From positions 21,852 to 85,851 of the forward strand of contig CAZGLD010000005.1 of assembly GCA_964526705.1 (NCBI GenBank): a DNA stretch of 64,000 nucleotides, read 5' to 3'. Origin of the DNA: an uncultured Methylobacillus sp. Its GTDB lineage: Bacteria > Pseudomonadota > Gammaproteobacteria > Burkholderiales > Methylophilaceae. Shown piece after piece: positions 20,942-31,006 of the stretch (position 1 is its first letter; each line of letters opens with the position of its first letter). Both the position numbers and the translations under genes were made by a program. The notes beneath the pieces are model-generated. The model saw only the letters and a program-made list of their open reading frames with translations, was not told where the DNA came from and searched no databases.

Positions 20942-21529
20942 ATGGAACAACTTTTACTTAATATTCATCCAAGTCCCCAAAAAACACTAGATAATTTTGT
21001 TGTTGGTAAAAATGCAGAATGTATAAACTCTATAAAAAAACTACTATCCTCAACTAATCTTTTTTTTATATATATTTGGGGTGAAGATGGAAGCGGAAAA
21101 TCACACTTAGCAACCGCTTTAAAAAACCATAAAATAAATGTCATAGAAGATGTTGAAAAAATAAATGAGACGCAACAAATAAAATTATTTAATCTGTTTA
21201 ATGAATCAAAAAAAACGAATACTAAGTTAGTTGTAACTGGATCAAACTCACCTAATAATATGGGCCTAAGAGACGACCTTGCAAGTCGATTAAATTGGCA
21301 GCTTGTATACCAACTGAAACCACTTACGGATAATGAAAAAAAAATAGCTTTAATTAAGTATGCAGAAGGTATAGGTGCTTCACTCGATGATAAAGTCGTT
21401 GCCTATTGCATGGCAAATCTAAATAGAGAACTGTCATACCTGATAGCGACAATTGATGCCTTAGGGGATTGGTCTTTAAAAACCAAAAGGCCAATAACTA
21501 TTCCCCTCCTTAAACAATTACTTTTTTAA
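20942..21529 (+). CDS. hda: DnaA regulatory inactivator Hda (compact)
   Basis: N-terminal QLLL clamp motif, DNFVVGKN, GSGKSHL, DLASRL. Confidence 0.88.
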   Translation: MEQLLLNIHPSPQKTLDNFVVGKNAECINSIKKLLSSTNLFFIYIWGEDGSGKSHLATALKNHKINVIEDVEKINETQQIKLFNLFNESKKTNTKLVVTGSNSPNNMGLRDDLASRLNWQLVYQLKPLTDNEKKIALIKYAEGIGASLDDKVVAYCMANLNRELSYLIATIDALGDWSLKTKRPITIPLLKQLLF

Positions 21530-21622
21530 TTAGACGCAGTCTGTTTGAACATCCAACCATCTTTCTTGACATTGCTTATCTGATCCACAAAGATCTTCTA
21601 TATTTTTGTTTAATTCATTCAT
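21530..21622 (-). CDS. Unannotated 30-aa Cys-containing peptide MNELNKNIEDLCGSDKQCQERWLDVQTDCV
   Basis: ATG 2 nt after the ahpF stop, AAGGA SD inside the ahpF 3' end, stop abuts the hda stop; fills the whole gap. Confidence 0.7.
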   Translation of the reverse strand: MNELNKNIEDLCGSDKQCQERWLDVQTDCV

Positions 21623-21624
21623 TT

Positions 21625-23175
21625 TTAATTCCTTATTAAATAATCAAATGCCCCTAGGGCTGCTTTCGAACCTTCACCCATAGCAATTATTATTTGTTTA
21701 TAGGGCACGGTCGTTACATCACCTGCCGCAAACACACCGGGTAAGGAGGTTTCACCATGGCTATTTATTTCTATCTCTCCATATTTACTCAAAGAAAGAC
21801 TATCTTTGACCCAATCGGTATTGGGAACTAAACCTATCTGTATAAATACCCCTTCGACGTCCAATCTTTTTTCTTCTTTTGTATCTCTGTCGATAAACTG
21901 CATATGACTTACTTTTTCTGATCCCACGATCTCACTTGTTTGAACATTTAATTGGATATCTACATTATTCAAACTTTTTAATCTATTCACTAATACCTGA
22001 TCAGCTTTTAATTCAGGTGCAAACTCTAGGACTGTGACATGGCCAACAATACCTGCTAAATCAATAGCAGCCTCAACACCAGAATTACCACCACCAACAA
22101 CAGCAACGTTTTTTCCTTTGAATAACGGTCCATCACAATGAGGGCAATAAGCCACTCCTTTTCCTTTAAATTTTAGCTCTCCTTTAACACCTAGCTCCTT
22201 CCATCTTGCACCTGTAGCAACTATAATAGCTTTACTCTCAAGTTTACCCCCATCCTCAAGCTCTAACTCATAGTTAGGTCCACCATTTTTTGACAGACTT
22301 TTTGCCTTTTGTAAATTAATAATATCAACGTCATATTCTTTAACATGCTCTTCTAAAGCCGCAACTAATCTAGGCCCCTCGGTTGCCTTTACTGATATAA
22401 AATTCTCAATACCCAACGTATCCATTACTTGGCCGCCAAATCGCTCTGCAACTATCCCTGTTTTAATTCCCTTCCGTGCGGCATAAACTGCTGCAGAGGC
22501 TCCTGCAGGTCCGCCGCCAACGATGAGCATATCAAAAGGTTCTTTTTTTGATATATCTTGTGAAGCTCTATCTTTAGCCTTATGGTCAATTTTACTAATA
22601 ATTTCTTCAAGCTCTATACGTCCTTGCCCAAATTCTTTTCCATTTAAGAATATTGTGGGTACTGACATAATTTTTCTATCATTTACCTCATCTTGAAATA
22701 GGGCTCCATCGATCATGCAATGACTTATACCTGGGTTTATTAAAGACATCACATTAAGCGCTTGAACAACGTCAGGACAATTATGGCAAGTTAAGGAAAT
22801 AAACGTCTCAAAAATAAAATTTCCTTTAATGCCTTTAATTTGATCAATGATTTCATCAGATAATTTAACAGGGTAACCACCTACTTGTAATAAAGCCAAG
22901 ACTAATGAGGTAAATTCATGCCCTAATGGGATACCCGCAAACTGGATTCCAGTGTTTGAGTCAGGTTTATTAACCTTAAATGATGGAGTTCTTTCGCTGG
23001 AATTCGAATGTGTATTTAAGATAATTTTATCTGACATTGCAGCAAGTTCATTCAATAATTCCATCATTGAAATTGAAGCAGAGTCATTATTAGTGTATGC
23101 ATCAATTGCAACTGGATACTCTAGCTTTAATAAATACTGACTTAGTTGCTCTTTTATTTTTAATTCAAGCGCCAT
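21625..23175 (-). CDS. ahpF: Alkyl hydroperoxide reductase subunit F
   Basis: CHNC N-terminal centre, CPHCDG, GGGPAG and GGGNSG. Confidence 0.97.
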   Translation of the reverse strand: MALELKIKEQLSQYLLKLEYPVAIDAYTNNDSASISMMELLNELAAMSDKIILNTHSNSSERTPSFKVNKPDSNTGIQFAGIPLGHEFTSLVLALLQVGGYPVKLSDEIIDQIKGIKGNFIFETFISLTCHNCPDVVQALNVMSLINPGISHCMIDGALFQDEVNDRKIMSVPTIFLNGKEFGQGRIELEEIISKIDHKAKDRASQDISKKEPFDMLIVGGGPAGASAAVYAARKGIKTGIVAERFGGQVMDTLGIENFISVKATEGPRLVAALEEHVKEYDVDIINLQKAKSLSKNGGPNYELELEDGGKLESKAIIVATGARWKELGVKGELKFKGKGVAYCPHCDGPLFKGKNVAVVGGGNSGVEAAIDLAGIVGHVTVLEFAPELKADQVLVNRLKSLNNVDIQLNVQTSEIVGSEKVSHMQFIDRDTKEEKRLDVEGVFIQIGLVPNTDWVKDSLSLSKYGEIEINSHGETSLPGVFAAGDVTTVPYKQIIIAMGEGSKAALGAFDYLIRN

Positions 23176-23191
23176 CTTTTTTTCCTTGTTA

Positions 23192-23226
23192 AATTATTAA
23201 AGGGCCAAGAAACTGGCCCTATAATT
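23192..23226 (-). terminator. ahpC-ahpF intergenic stem-loop (partial terminator or mRNA stabiliser)
   Basis: AGGGCCA/TGGCCCT stem with 6-nt loop, extended by AATTAT/ATAATT; weak U tract. Confidence 0.6.
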
Positions 23227-23235
23227 ATCTCTTTA

Positions 23236-23805
23236 TTAAATTTTTCCAACCAGATCTAACGATGGAGTAAGAGCTTCTTCACCTGGAGTCCAAGAAGCAG
23301 GGCAAGCCTGATTTGGATTTGCAGCAATATGTTGTGCCGCTTGTATTTTTCTAACTAAATCGGCTGCAGAGCGACCAATGCCCAAATCATTAATTTCTGC
23401 AGTTTTAATAATACCTTCAGGGTTTACAATAAAAGAACCTCTTAGTGCTAAGCCTTCCTCTTCTATCATTACATCAAAATTCCTAGTTATAGTTCCAGTA
23501 GGGTCGCCAATCATGGGAAACGTAATTTTTTTAATTGTATCTGATGCATCATGCCAAGCTTTGTGTGTGAAATGTGTATCTGTTGAAACTGTGTAAACCT
23601 CTACACCCATTTTTTGTAATTCTTCATAGTGATCAGCAATATCTCCCAGCTCTGTAGGACAAACAAATGTAAAATCAGCAGGGTAAAATACAATTGCAGA
23701 CCATTTTCCTTTGAGATCTCCTTCGGTAACTGTAACTTCTTTTCCGTTATGAAAAGCGGTTGCAGAAAACGGCTTTACTTCTGTATTTATCAATGAAGAC
23801 ATCAT
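23236..23805 (-). CDS. ahpC: Alkyl hydroperoxide reductase subunit C (2-Cys peroxiredoxin)
   Basis: [13 protein letters not shown] and resolving CPASW. Confidence 0.97.
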   Translation of the reverse strand: MMSSLINTEVKPFSATAFHNGKEVTVTEGDLKGKWSAIVFYPADFTFVCPTELGDIADHYEELQKMGVEVYTVSTDTHFTHKAWHDASDTIKKITFPMIGDPTGTITRNFDVMIEEEGLALRGSFIVNPEGIIKTAEINDLGIGRSAADLVRKIQAAQHIAANPNQACPASWTPGEEALTPSLDLVGKI

Positions 23806-23835
23806 AATTCCTTTTATTTAATTGAAAGAAGCATG

Positions 23836-23901
23836 ATTATATGGAAGTAATAGTAATATGTATAATTTATTATTAAAATGTGTATGATAAGTTTTACTTA
23901 T
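23836..23901 (-). promoter_or_regulatory. OxyR-like box plus -10 element of ahpC
   Basis: Minus strand ATAA-N7-TTAT-N7-ATTT-N7-AAAT (23901-23865) matches the spacing of ATAG-N7-CTAT-N7-ATAG-N7-CTAT; TATAAT at 23841-23836. Confidence 0.6.
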
Positions 23902-25322
23902 TTAATACTGTCATACAAATAAATCTCAGACTGTATTTCTTTTAATCTTTGTTCTGCGCTACTTTTGTTATAAAAGTCTGCATCCGAGGCATTTATAGCT
24001 AAACTTGCCTGGTTAGCTGATTCTTTTAAATCAAATCTAAAATAAAAATATTCACTCAAGTTTTTGTGCTCAAGGTAACGAGCATTTTTTTTCGCGTATA
24101 TTTTTGCCAGAAACATGTATAAATTATAATCACGTGGGTAGACTAAAAGTTTTTGCTTAACAAAATTGATGGCTTTATTCAAATCATTCATATTAATATA
24201 AATGTCAGTTAACCCATAAATGTAGGCTTTATAATTTGGAAAATAAAGAAGGCTTTCTTTATATAAATTTTCTGCTTGCTCAAGTTTTCTTTCTTTTACC
24301 AATATTTTTGCACCTAGTTCTGTGATCAGTGGGCTGATATTTTTTAAATACAAAACTTTATTAAAATAATCTCTAGATTTTGCTATTTGGTTATTTCTTA
24401 AATACGCATAAGATAAAGCAAAATTCATAGAGCTATCGCTTAAATATCCTTTATCTGTAAGGTTGTTCTCAAATATACTTATATTATTAGTTGGTTCACC
24501 AGAATAAGCTTTTAATTTTGCCTGTATTAAATTGAAAGTTGGGTCTTCTGATACTTGCTTATATGGAAACTCTTTTAATCTATTTTCAATATCGCTGATA
24601 CGATCTAAAGTAACAGGGTGTGTTCTCAAGAAAGATGGAGCCGCTCCCACAGTAAACTGATTTGCTTTATCTAAAGTTTTAAAAAAGCTAATAGCAGCTC
24701 TTTCATCAAAGCCAGCTTTATTTAGCATCAAAAGACCTTCGCGATCAGCTTCTTTTTCGTGCTCTCTTGTAAAATCTAGTGTATTTTGTACAGCTGAAGC
24801 AACAGCGGTTTGCATTGCTGCATTAGCAAGTTGGGCATTAGATCGCGCCACCAAAAGTGCAAAAACCATTGCTAAAGAAGTTTTAAAAGTGTCCTTACTT
24901 TGAGCTTCGATTATTCTTGGGAGGTGCTTTTGTGAAATATGTGCAATTTCATGAGCCAGAACACTTGCAAGTTCAGACTCAGAATTAGCTGCATACAATA
25001 AACCAGTATGAATTCCAATTATTCCACCCAACATTGCAAAAGCATTTATTGTAGGATCTTTTACAGTAAAAAAAGTTATATCCTCAATATTCAGTTCGGG
25101 ATTTACTCTTACTAATTTTTCACCTAGACGATTGATATAGTCAATAACTTCAGGATCTTTTATTACAGATGGACTTGCATAAACCTGAGATAAAAGCTCA
25201 TGTCGAATTTTTTTTTCTTGAAATTTATTTATTATATTATCTGAAGTACTTCCTAAGTCTGGAAGTTGGTTTGTGAACCCATAAGAATAAAAAATAAGTA
25301 ATACTAATAAAATCTTTTTCAT
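23898..25322 (-). CDS. bepA: M48 metalloprotease with TPR (BepA/YfgC)
   Basis: LPDLG, INAFA, HEIAH, EKEAD, FLRTHP. Confidence 0.9.
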   Translation of the reverse strand: MKKILLVLLIFYSYGFTNQLPDLGSTSDNIINKFQEKKIRHELLSQVYASPSVIKDPEVIDYINRLGEKLVRVNPELNIEDITFFTVKDPTINAFAMLGGIIGIHTGLLYAANSESELASVLAHEIAHISQKHLPRIIEAQSKDTFKTSLAMVFALLVARSNAQLANAAMQTAVASAVQNTLDFTREHEKEADREGLLMLNKAGFDERAAISFFKTLDKANQFTVGAAPSFLRTHPVTLDRISDIENRLKEFPYKQVSEDPTFNLIQAKLKAYSGEPTNNISIFENNLTDKGYLSDSSMNFALSYAYLRNNQIAKSRDYFNKVLYLKNISPLITELGAKILVKERKLEQAENLYKESLLYFPNYKAYIYGLTDIYINMNDLNKAINFVKQKLLVYPRDYNLYMFLAKIYAKKNARYLEHKNLSEYFYFRFDLKESANQASLAINASDADFYNKSSAEQRLKEIQSEIYLYDSIK

Positions 25323-25381
25323 ATTTTTTTTATAGCTTAATATACTGATAAGTGAAACTTAATTATAGGGCTTTATTTAAA

Positions 25382-25849
25382 ATGCTGACACATGTTGATA
25401 AAAAAGGTAACGCAAAAATGGTAGATATATCATCTAAAGAAGAATCTCATCGCATAGCTGAAGCTCAAGGCTCTATTCTAATAAGTAAAAAAATTATGCA
25501 AAGTATACTGGAGGATATAAATAAAAAAGGTGATGTTCTCACAGTAGCAAAAATTGCTGGAATTCAAGCTGGGAAAAAAACTTCAGAACTTATTCCGCTT
25601 TGCCATAATATATCAATGAACTCTATAGACATAGATTTCAAATTATTAGAATCAAAATGTGAAATTGAATGTTATGTTATTGCAAAATGTAATGGGTTAA
25701 CTGGAGTTGAAATGGAGGCCCTCACAGCTTTATCAATTGCACTTTTAACTATTTATGACATGTGTAAGGGTATCGATAAGGGTATGGAAATTAAAAAAAT
25801 ATGTCTGATTAAAAAATCCGGCGGAAAATCAGGTGAATGGGCAAAGTGA
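25382..25849 (+). CDS. moaC: Cyclic pyranopterin monophosphate synthase
   Basis: LTHVD...MVDIS, LIPLCH, TGVEMEAL, IYDMCK; start set at ATG 25382. Confidence 0.95.
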   Translation: MLTHVDKKGNAKMVDISSKEESHRIAEAQGSILISKKIMQSILEDINKKGDVLTVAKIAGIQAGKKTSELIPLCHNISMNSIDIDFKLLESKCEIECYVIAKCNGLTGVEMEALTALSIALLTIYDMCKGIDKGMEIKKICLIKKSGGKSGEWAK

Positions 25850-25855
25850 GCTGAT

Positions 25856-26767
25856 TTATTTCTTACGAAAATCAAATTTACTTTCTATCGCTTTGTAAAT
25901 TGTTAGAGGCTTAATCTCTTCTATTTTCTTTTGTTTGTTTTGATACCAATATGCATTGTCGCCACATGGTCGGTATCTTTTTGGTTCGCCAGGCCCAAAT
26001 ATAGTAAATGTTTTAGTTTTTACTGCACTTGCTATATGTCCTAAGCCTGAATCATTCCCAATGAATAATTCTGCTTTCTCAAGTATTGCAGCGGTTGTTA
26101 ATAAATCTACTTTCCCTGATAAATTTAATAAAGGTCTTTTATAATTTTGGATAAAAGACGGTAGTAGTTTGTTATCTTTAGAGTCGCCAACAAGCACTAA
26201 TAAATCGAATCGATTGCCAAGCCTATTTGCGAGTTCTGCATAAAAATGAGTTGGCCAAACCTTATGCTGTGAATTTGCCCCTAAACCAAAAACTAGGATA
26301 CTTTTATATTTATTAGGAAGCAGATTTTCAGCGTTTTTTCTCTCTTCTTGGCTAAGCCATATTTTTGGATTTAGTGCTTTTACGAGAGGTTCTTTTAGAG
26401 CAAGGTAATGTTTCTCTGAGCTATGAATAGCATTATTTTTTATTTTATAAAGTTTTCTATCTGCTCGAATAAGATATAACAAACCGTCAGACCTAAGATC
26501 AATGGCCACATCATAACGAGAAAATCTTAATTTATTAATTAACCTTAAAACACCAATAAATCCTTTAGATTTATCTTTTACAAAAAAGTTATTTACTAGG
26601 GGGCAGTGTTTAAATAATATTTTTGATCGCTCATCACCAACAATATCAAATTTAGCATTTTTATATTTTTTACTTAACCTTAGCAAGGTTGGAATAGTTA
26701 AAATTACGTCACCGATATTTGATAATGTTATAAAAAGAATTTTTTCAATATCATTTGCCTTGGTCAT
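25856..26767 (-). CDS. GT9 heptosyltransferase-like
   Basis: IGDVIL, GNDSGLGHIASA, IFGP. Confidence 0.9.
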   Translation of the reverse strand: MTKANDIEKILFITLSNIGDVILTIPTLLRLSKKYKNAKFDIVGDERSKILFKHCPLVNNFFVKDKSKGFIGVLRLINKLRFSRYDVAIDLRSDGLLYLIRADRKLYKIKNNAIHSSEKHYLALKEPLVKALNPKIWLSQEERKNAENLLPNKYKSILVFGLGANSQHKVWPTHFYAELANRLGNRFDLLVLVGDSKDNKLLPSFIQNYKRPLLNLSGKVDLLTTAAILEKAELFIGNDSGLGHIASAVKTKTFTIFGPGEPKRYRPCGDNAYWYQNKQKKIEEIKPLTIYKAIESKFDFRKK

Positions 26768-27612
26768 TTGCTTATTACTGTCTTGTATCTGTCATAACTC
26801 CAGTAATACTGAGTTGGATTTTTTTTAATAAATCTCTCCACCTGCTTATTTAAGTCAAGAGGGGTTTTTATATTTCTTCTATTAATCTCCTCAATATGAA
26901 TATTAAAACCTTTTCCATCCTTTAATCTTTCTCCATAAGCCATAAAAATTTGAGCCTCAGTCTTTTCTATCAATTTATTTGCTAGAAGCATAGTGTATGC
27001 TGGCTTTCCAAAAAAATTAACGTATTCTCCATTTCCCTTATCAGCAACTTGATCCGGAAGTATACCAACAGCCTGACCTTTTTTTAAAGCAATTAAAACT
27101 TTTTTTAAACCACTTGTGTCTGCAGGCGCTAGCTCGACATATCCTTTTTTTCTCCCCTTGATCATAAGGTCACTCATCCACAGTTTCCTAGCTTTTCTAT
27201 ACATAACAGTAATAGGTTTATTTTCACCATAAAAAATTGAGTTTATTTCAAAACAACCTAGGTGTGGTGCTAAAAATATTATACCTTTGCGCGATTTTTC
27301 AGCTTTTTCAATTGCATTTTTTCCATAGACTTTATGAATTAGTTTCAATGCGGCTTTTTGATTTAACCCCCATATAAAAAATGTTTCTAATATTCCCTTA
27401 CCTAATTCTTCTATGGTCTGCTGCACAGAAAAATCAATATCACTCTCAGGAAAAATACCGGAATTAATCAAATTTTCTTTCAATAAATTTAAATTTTTTT
27501 TACTTAAAGAAAAATATAACCTCCCAAAAATTTTTCCAATGCTATGAATAGAGCTTAAACTCAATTTTGATAAGAGAAAAGTGAACGTATGAAATAATAT
27601 TTTTTGCATCAA
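26764..27612 (-). CDS. Lipid A late acyltransferase (LpxL/HtrB family)
   Basis: PHLGCFE (HxxxxE), LPDQ, FFG, PTQYYWSYDRYK. Confidence 0.9.
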   Translation of the reverse strand: MMQKILFHTFTFLLSKLSLSSIHSIGKIFGRLYFSLSKKNLNLLKENLINSGIFPESDIDFSVQQTIEELGKGILETFFIWGLNQKAALKLIHKVYGKNAIEKAEKSRKGIIFLAPHLGCFEINSIFYGENKPITVMYRKARKLWMSDLMIKGRKKGYVELAPADTSGLKKVLIALKKGQAVGILPDQVADKGNGEYVNFFGKPAYTMLLANKLIEKTEAQIFMAYGERLKDGKGFNIHIEEINRRNIKTPLDLNKQVERFIKKNPTQYYWSYDRYKTVISK

Positions 27613-27634
27613 TATATACGATTATTTTTATGTA

Positions 27635-28894
27635 ATGGTTTATTATATGCTAACGAAATCATGGTGGCCTCTAATATTCATGCAAGCTCTAAAAACAACA
27701 GAAAAATATATCCCATATGCCCTTCCTTTCTTATTATTTTTCTTTCGAGGCCTTGCGGATTTAACAGTTTTACTTCTTGGTTTAATGTTTCTATTTAAGT
27801 CATATAAAGAATCAAATTGGAATTGGTTGCAAGAAACATGGATCAAATGTGCTCTTTTTTTTGTGCTTTATTTATCCATAATTAATGTTGCAGTAAGTAT
27901 AAATCCATCTGATACATTTTTTTACGCTATAACTTTTATTAGATGGCCAATTTTTGCTGCAGCTGTTTGTTTTTGGCTATTCAACTCTGATGAGGCAATC
28001 AAAAAGTTTTTAATTTCTTTAAGCATACTGCTGGCGTTTATAATTTTTGATGTTTGGTTTCAATATTTGTCGGGGGCCGATATATTTGGCTATCCAACTA
28101 AAGGTATTAGGCTCACCGGCCCTCTAAGAGACAATCCTGTAATTGGAATTTTTATAACCAAGTATATATATCTTGGTTTGATCTCAATATTTATTTTTAA
28201 AAGATTAAATCATAATTATTCAAAATATTTATTTGCTTTAAGTTTATTAGTAATTGGTTTTGTTTCGGTATTTATCACCGGGGAAAGGATGTCTCTTATT
28301 TTATATACTTCTGCTGTTCCAATAATTTTATTAGGTTTTGGCAAAAATATTGTTAAAAAAATATCCCTTATAACAGTCTTTTTATCTTTGTTAGTTGTTT
28401 TAGCTCTTATTATTGGTGAAATTTACCCGCACACAATGGAAAGAGCCTTTCATAGTACTTTTGAAAAATTATCAAATTTTATGGAATCTGATTATGGACT
28501 AGTTTACAGAACTGCTTACCAGACTTGGCTTTATGCTCCTTGGCTGGGAGGAGGGCTCCACCAACTTACGGATTTATATTTCTTATATGGAATTAATTTA
28601 TGGGAAATAAAGATTTTGCATGCTCATAATCATCCATTATCGTTGCTAGCTGAAACTGGCTTAGTTGGTTTATGCCTTTATTTCTTAATAATTTTTAATA
28701 TTGTTAAAAAAATTATATTTGAAGTTTATTCACAAAAAAATTGGGTTAAGTTAAGTTTATTATTAGGTTTAATATATCTTTGTTTTTGGCCTCTTATGAG
28801 TCATTTTAGCTTTCAACATAATTGGATGAATGCAACAAATTGGTTTGTTGTTGGGGTTGTCTTAGCACTCAGCAAACGAAGACATATTCGCTAA
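27635..28894 (+). CDS. O-antigen ligase (WaaL/Wzy_C family); exact start uncertain
   Basis: Multiple TM helices, TGER, HAHN...LAETGLVG. Confidence 0.85.
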   Translation: MVYYMLTKSWWPLIFMQALKTTEKYIPYALPFLLFFFRGLADLTVLLLGLMFLFKSYKESNWNWLQETWIKCALFFVLYLSIINVAVSINPSDTFFYAITFIRWPIFAAAVCFWLFNSDEAIKKFLISLSILLAFIIFDVWFQYLSGADIFGYPTKGIRLTGPLRDNPVIGIFITKYIYLGLISIFIFKRLNHNYSKYLFALSLLVIGFVSVFITGERMSLILYTSAVPIILLGFGKNIVKKISLITVFLSLLVVLALIIGEIYPHTMERAFHSTFEKLSNFMESDYGLVYRTAYQTWLYAPWLGGGLHQLTDLYFLYGINLWEIKILHAHNHPLSLLAETGLVGLCLYFLIIFNIVKKIIFEVYSQKNWVKLSLLLGLIYLCFWPLMSHFSFQHNWMNATNWFVVGVVLALSKRRHIR

Positions 28895-29955
28895 TGGTGC
28901 CTAATATAAAAATTAAAAAATTTTATGATTCCACTTATATTTATGGTCCAAAAGAATTTGAATCCATAAACCTTAAAAATAAAATAATAAAGAAAATTTT
29001 AATTATAAAATGGGGTGGAATGGGTGACGTTATTTTATCGACAGGTGCAATGCAAGATATTTATGAGGCTTTCCCTAACAGTAAAATTCACCTCAATACT
29101 CTTCCGCAATGGAAAAGCTTATTTAACGATGATCCAAGGTTTGATAAGATTTGGGGTACAAAAAAGTCACAAGAAATTGGTTTTTTAAAGCATTTATATG
29201 AGTGGATTAAAAAAATTAAATATGAAAAATATGATCTGATAATAGATTTACAAACAAATGATAGAACGAGAATATACTTAACAATTTTAAAAGTAATTTG
29301 GCAAGCACCAAAATTTATTTTAGGTAACCACTCGGTCTTCCCCTATTCTATTTTTCCCAAAATAGTAAAAAATATAGAGCGACCTCTTCACTTATTACAA
29401 AGAACAATTAATACGATAGGAATAGAGTCAAACAATATATGTCCAAAGCTATACATTACAAAAGAGGAAAATAAATTAGCATTGTCTATTTTGAAAAATA
29501 ATAAATTAGCTAAAGAAAATTATGCAGTTTTTATTTGTGGGAGCAATATCAATGGAAAATCAAAAAGATGGGGTGCAGATAATTTTATTAAATTATCAAA
29601 ATTTTTGAGAAAATATTTAGATCTCAAAATTATTCTTATTGGTGGTCCTGATGATACTAGTGAATGTAATGCTATTTCATCTAAAGATAAGACTATAGTT
29701 AACCTTTGTAATAAAACAGAGTTAAAGACTTTGCCTAGAATTTTCAAAATGGCTAAGATTATTATAGGTAATGATACTGGCGCATCTCATCTTGTTGCTA
29801 CTACAAAAACCCCGATGATAATGATATTTGGTCCTACAGACCCAAATAAAAGTAAGCCATTCGGTAAAAATATTATTGCTATAAAAGCTGAGAATTCTCG
29901 AATGAATGATATTTCGGCAAATCATGTCTTAAAAATTATTCATGAGATTGTATGA
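28894..29955 (+). CDS. GT9 heptosyltransferase-like
   Basis: MGDVIL, KRWG, GNDTGASH, IFGPT; start at the TAATG overlap. Confidence 0.88.
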   Translation: MVPNIKIKKFYDSTYIYGPKEFESINLKNKIIKKILIIKWGGMGDVILSTGAMQDIYEAFPNSKIHLNTLPQWKSLFNDDPRFDKIWGTKKSQEIGFLKHLYEWIKKIKYEKYDLIIDLQTNDRTRIYLTILKVIWQAPKFILGNHSVFPYSIFPKIVKNIERPLHLLQRTINTIGIESNNICPKLYITKEENKLALSILKNNKLAKENYAVFICGSNINGKSKRWGADNFIKLSKFLRKYLDLKIILIGGPDDTSECNAISSKDKTIVNLCNKTELKTLPRIFKMAKIIIGNDTGASHLVATTKTPMIMIFGPTDPNKSKPFGKNIIAIKAENSRMNDISANHVLKIIHEIV

Positions 29956-30998
29956 TTAAAAAAACTATTCTTTGGTGGGGAAGATTTGATCCTAACTATT
30001 CAAGAAATAGGATAATACGACAACATTTAAAAAAACTAAATTACGATGTCATAGATTTTCGACCATTGATAAGTAAATTTGGCTATGAAGAAGCACTTCT
30101 AAAAAATATTACAAAACCAGATATTGTATGGGTTCCTTGTTTTCGACAAAGAGATATCTTAAGCGCAAGTAAATGGTGTTCGAAAAAAGATATAAAATTA
30201 ATTATTGATCCTCTTATAAGTGCCTGGGATAAGGTGGTTAATGAAAAAAAAATATCGGTAAGTAAAAAGGAAGAAAGGAAATTAAATGCTAAAGAGGCAT
30301 TTTTATTTAGTAAAGCAGATATTGTTCTTGCAGATACGAATTTGCATGCTAATTTATTTGTAAATAAATTAGGTGTTAATAAAAGAAAGATTTTTATCTT
30401 ATTTGTTGGTGCAGAAGAAAGACTTTTTAAACCTTCTCTTTCAAAAAAAATCGCTGATAAAAACTTTGAAATTTTATTTTATGGAAGCTTTATAAGCTTA
30501 CAAAGCACTCAAACAATAATTAAGGCTGCTAAGCTTTGTTCTATTTATAAGAATATCCGCTGGGTATTATTAGGAAGTGGTCCGGATCTTGATAAATGTA
30601 AAAAACTTGCACAAAATTTTGCAAACATAATTTTTGAAAAAGATATTGAGTATTCAAAGCTAGCCTCTAGAATTAATCAAGCTGACTTACTTTTAGGAAT
30701 ATTTGGTAAATCAAATAAAGCTGGAAATGTAATTCCCAATAAAGTATTTCAGTCTTTAGCTTGTGGGAAAACCATAATCACAAGGAAATCTGATGCATAC
30801 CCTAAAAACTTATTAGGTGAAAATAATGGGGTGATCTTTATTGAGCCAGAAAATCCAAAGGCTTTATATAACGCAGTATTAACGATCGTCAAAAATAAGA
30901 CTTCTCTACAAAAGAGCCACAATTACGCAAGAATTCTCTATGAAACATACTTTTCAGAAAAAATTATCATTAAACAGCTTAAGAAAATATTACAGTAA
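29952..30998 (+). CDS. GT4-like glycosyltransferase
   Basis: VIPNKVFQSLACG GT-B signature. Confidence 0.85.
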   Translation: MIKKTILWWGRFDPNYSRNRIIRQHLKKLNYDVIDFRPLISKFGYEEALLKNITKPDIVWVPCFRQRDILSASKWCSKKDIKLIIDPLISAWDKVVNEKKISVSKKEERKLNAKEAFLFSKADIVLADTNLHANLFVNKLGVNKRKIFILFVGAEERLFKPSLSKKIADKNFEILFYGSFISLQSTQTIIKAAKLCSIYKNIRWVLLGSGPDLDKCKKLAQNFANIIFEKDIEYSKLASRINQADLLLGIFGKSNKAGNVIPNKVFQSLACGKTIITRKSDAYPKNLLGENNGVIFIEPENPKALYNAVLTIVKNKTSLQKSHNYARILYETYFSEKIIIKQLKKILQ

Positions 30999-31006
30999 AT
31001 GATCTT

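Noticed and set aside
21581-21589. DnaA-box-like TGATCCACA near the hda 3' end
   Set aside because: Single mismatched box inside the small ORF; no cluster, so not oriC
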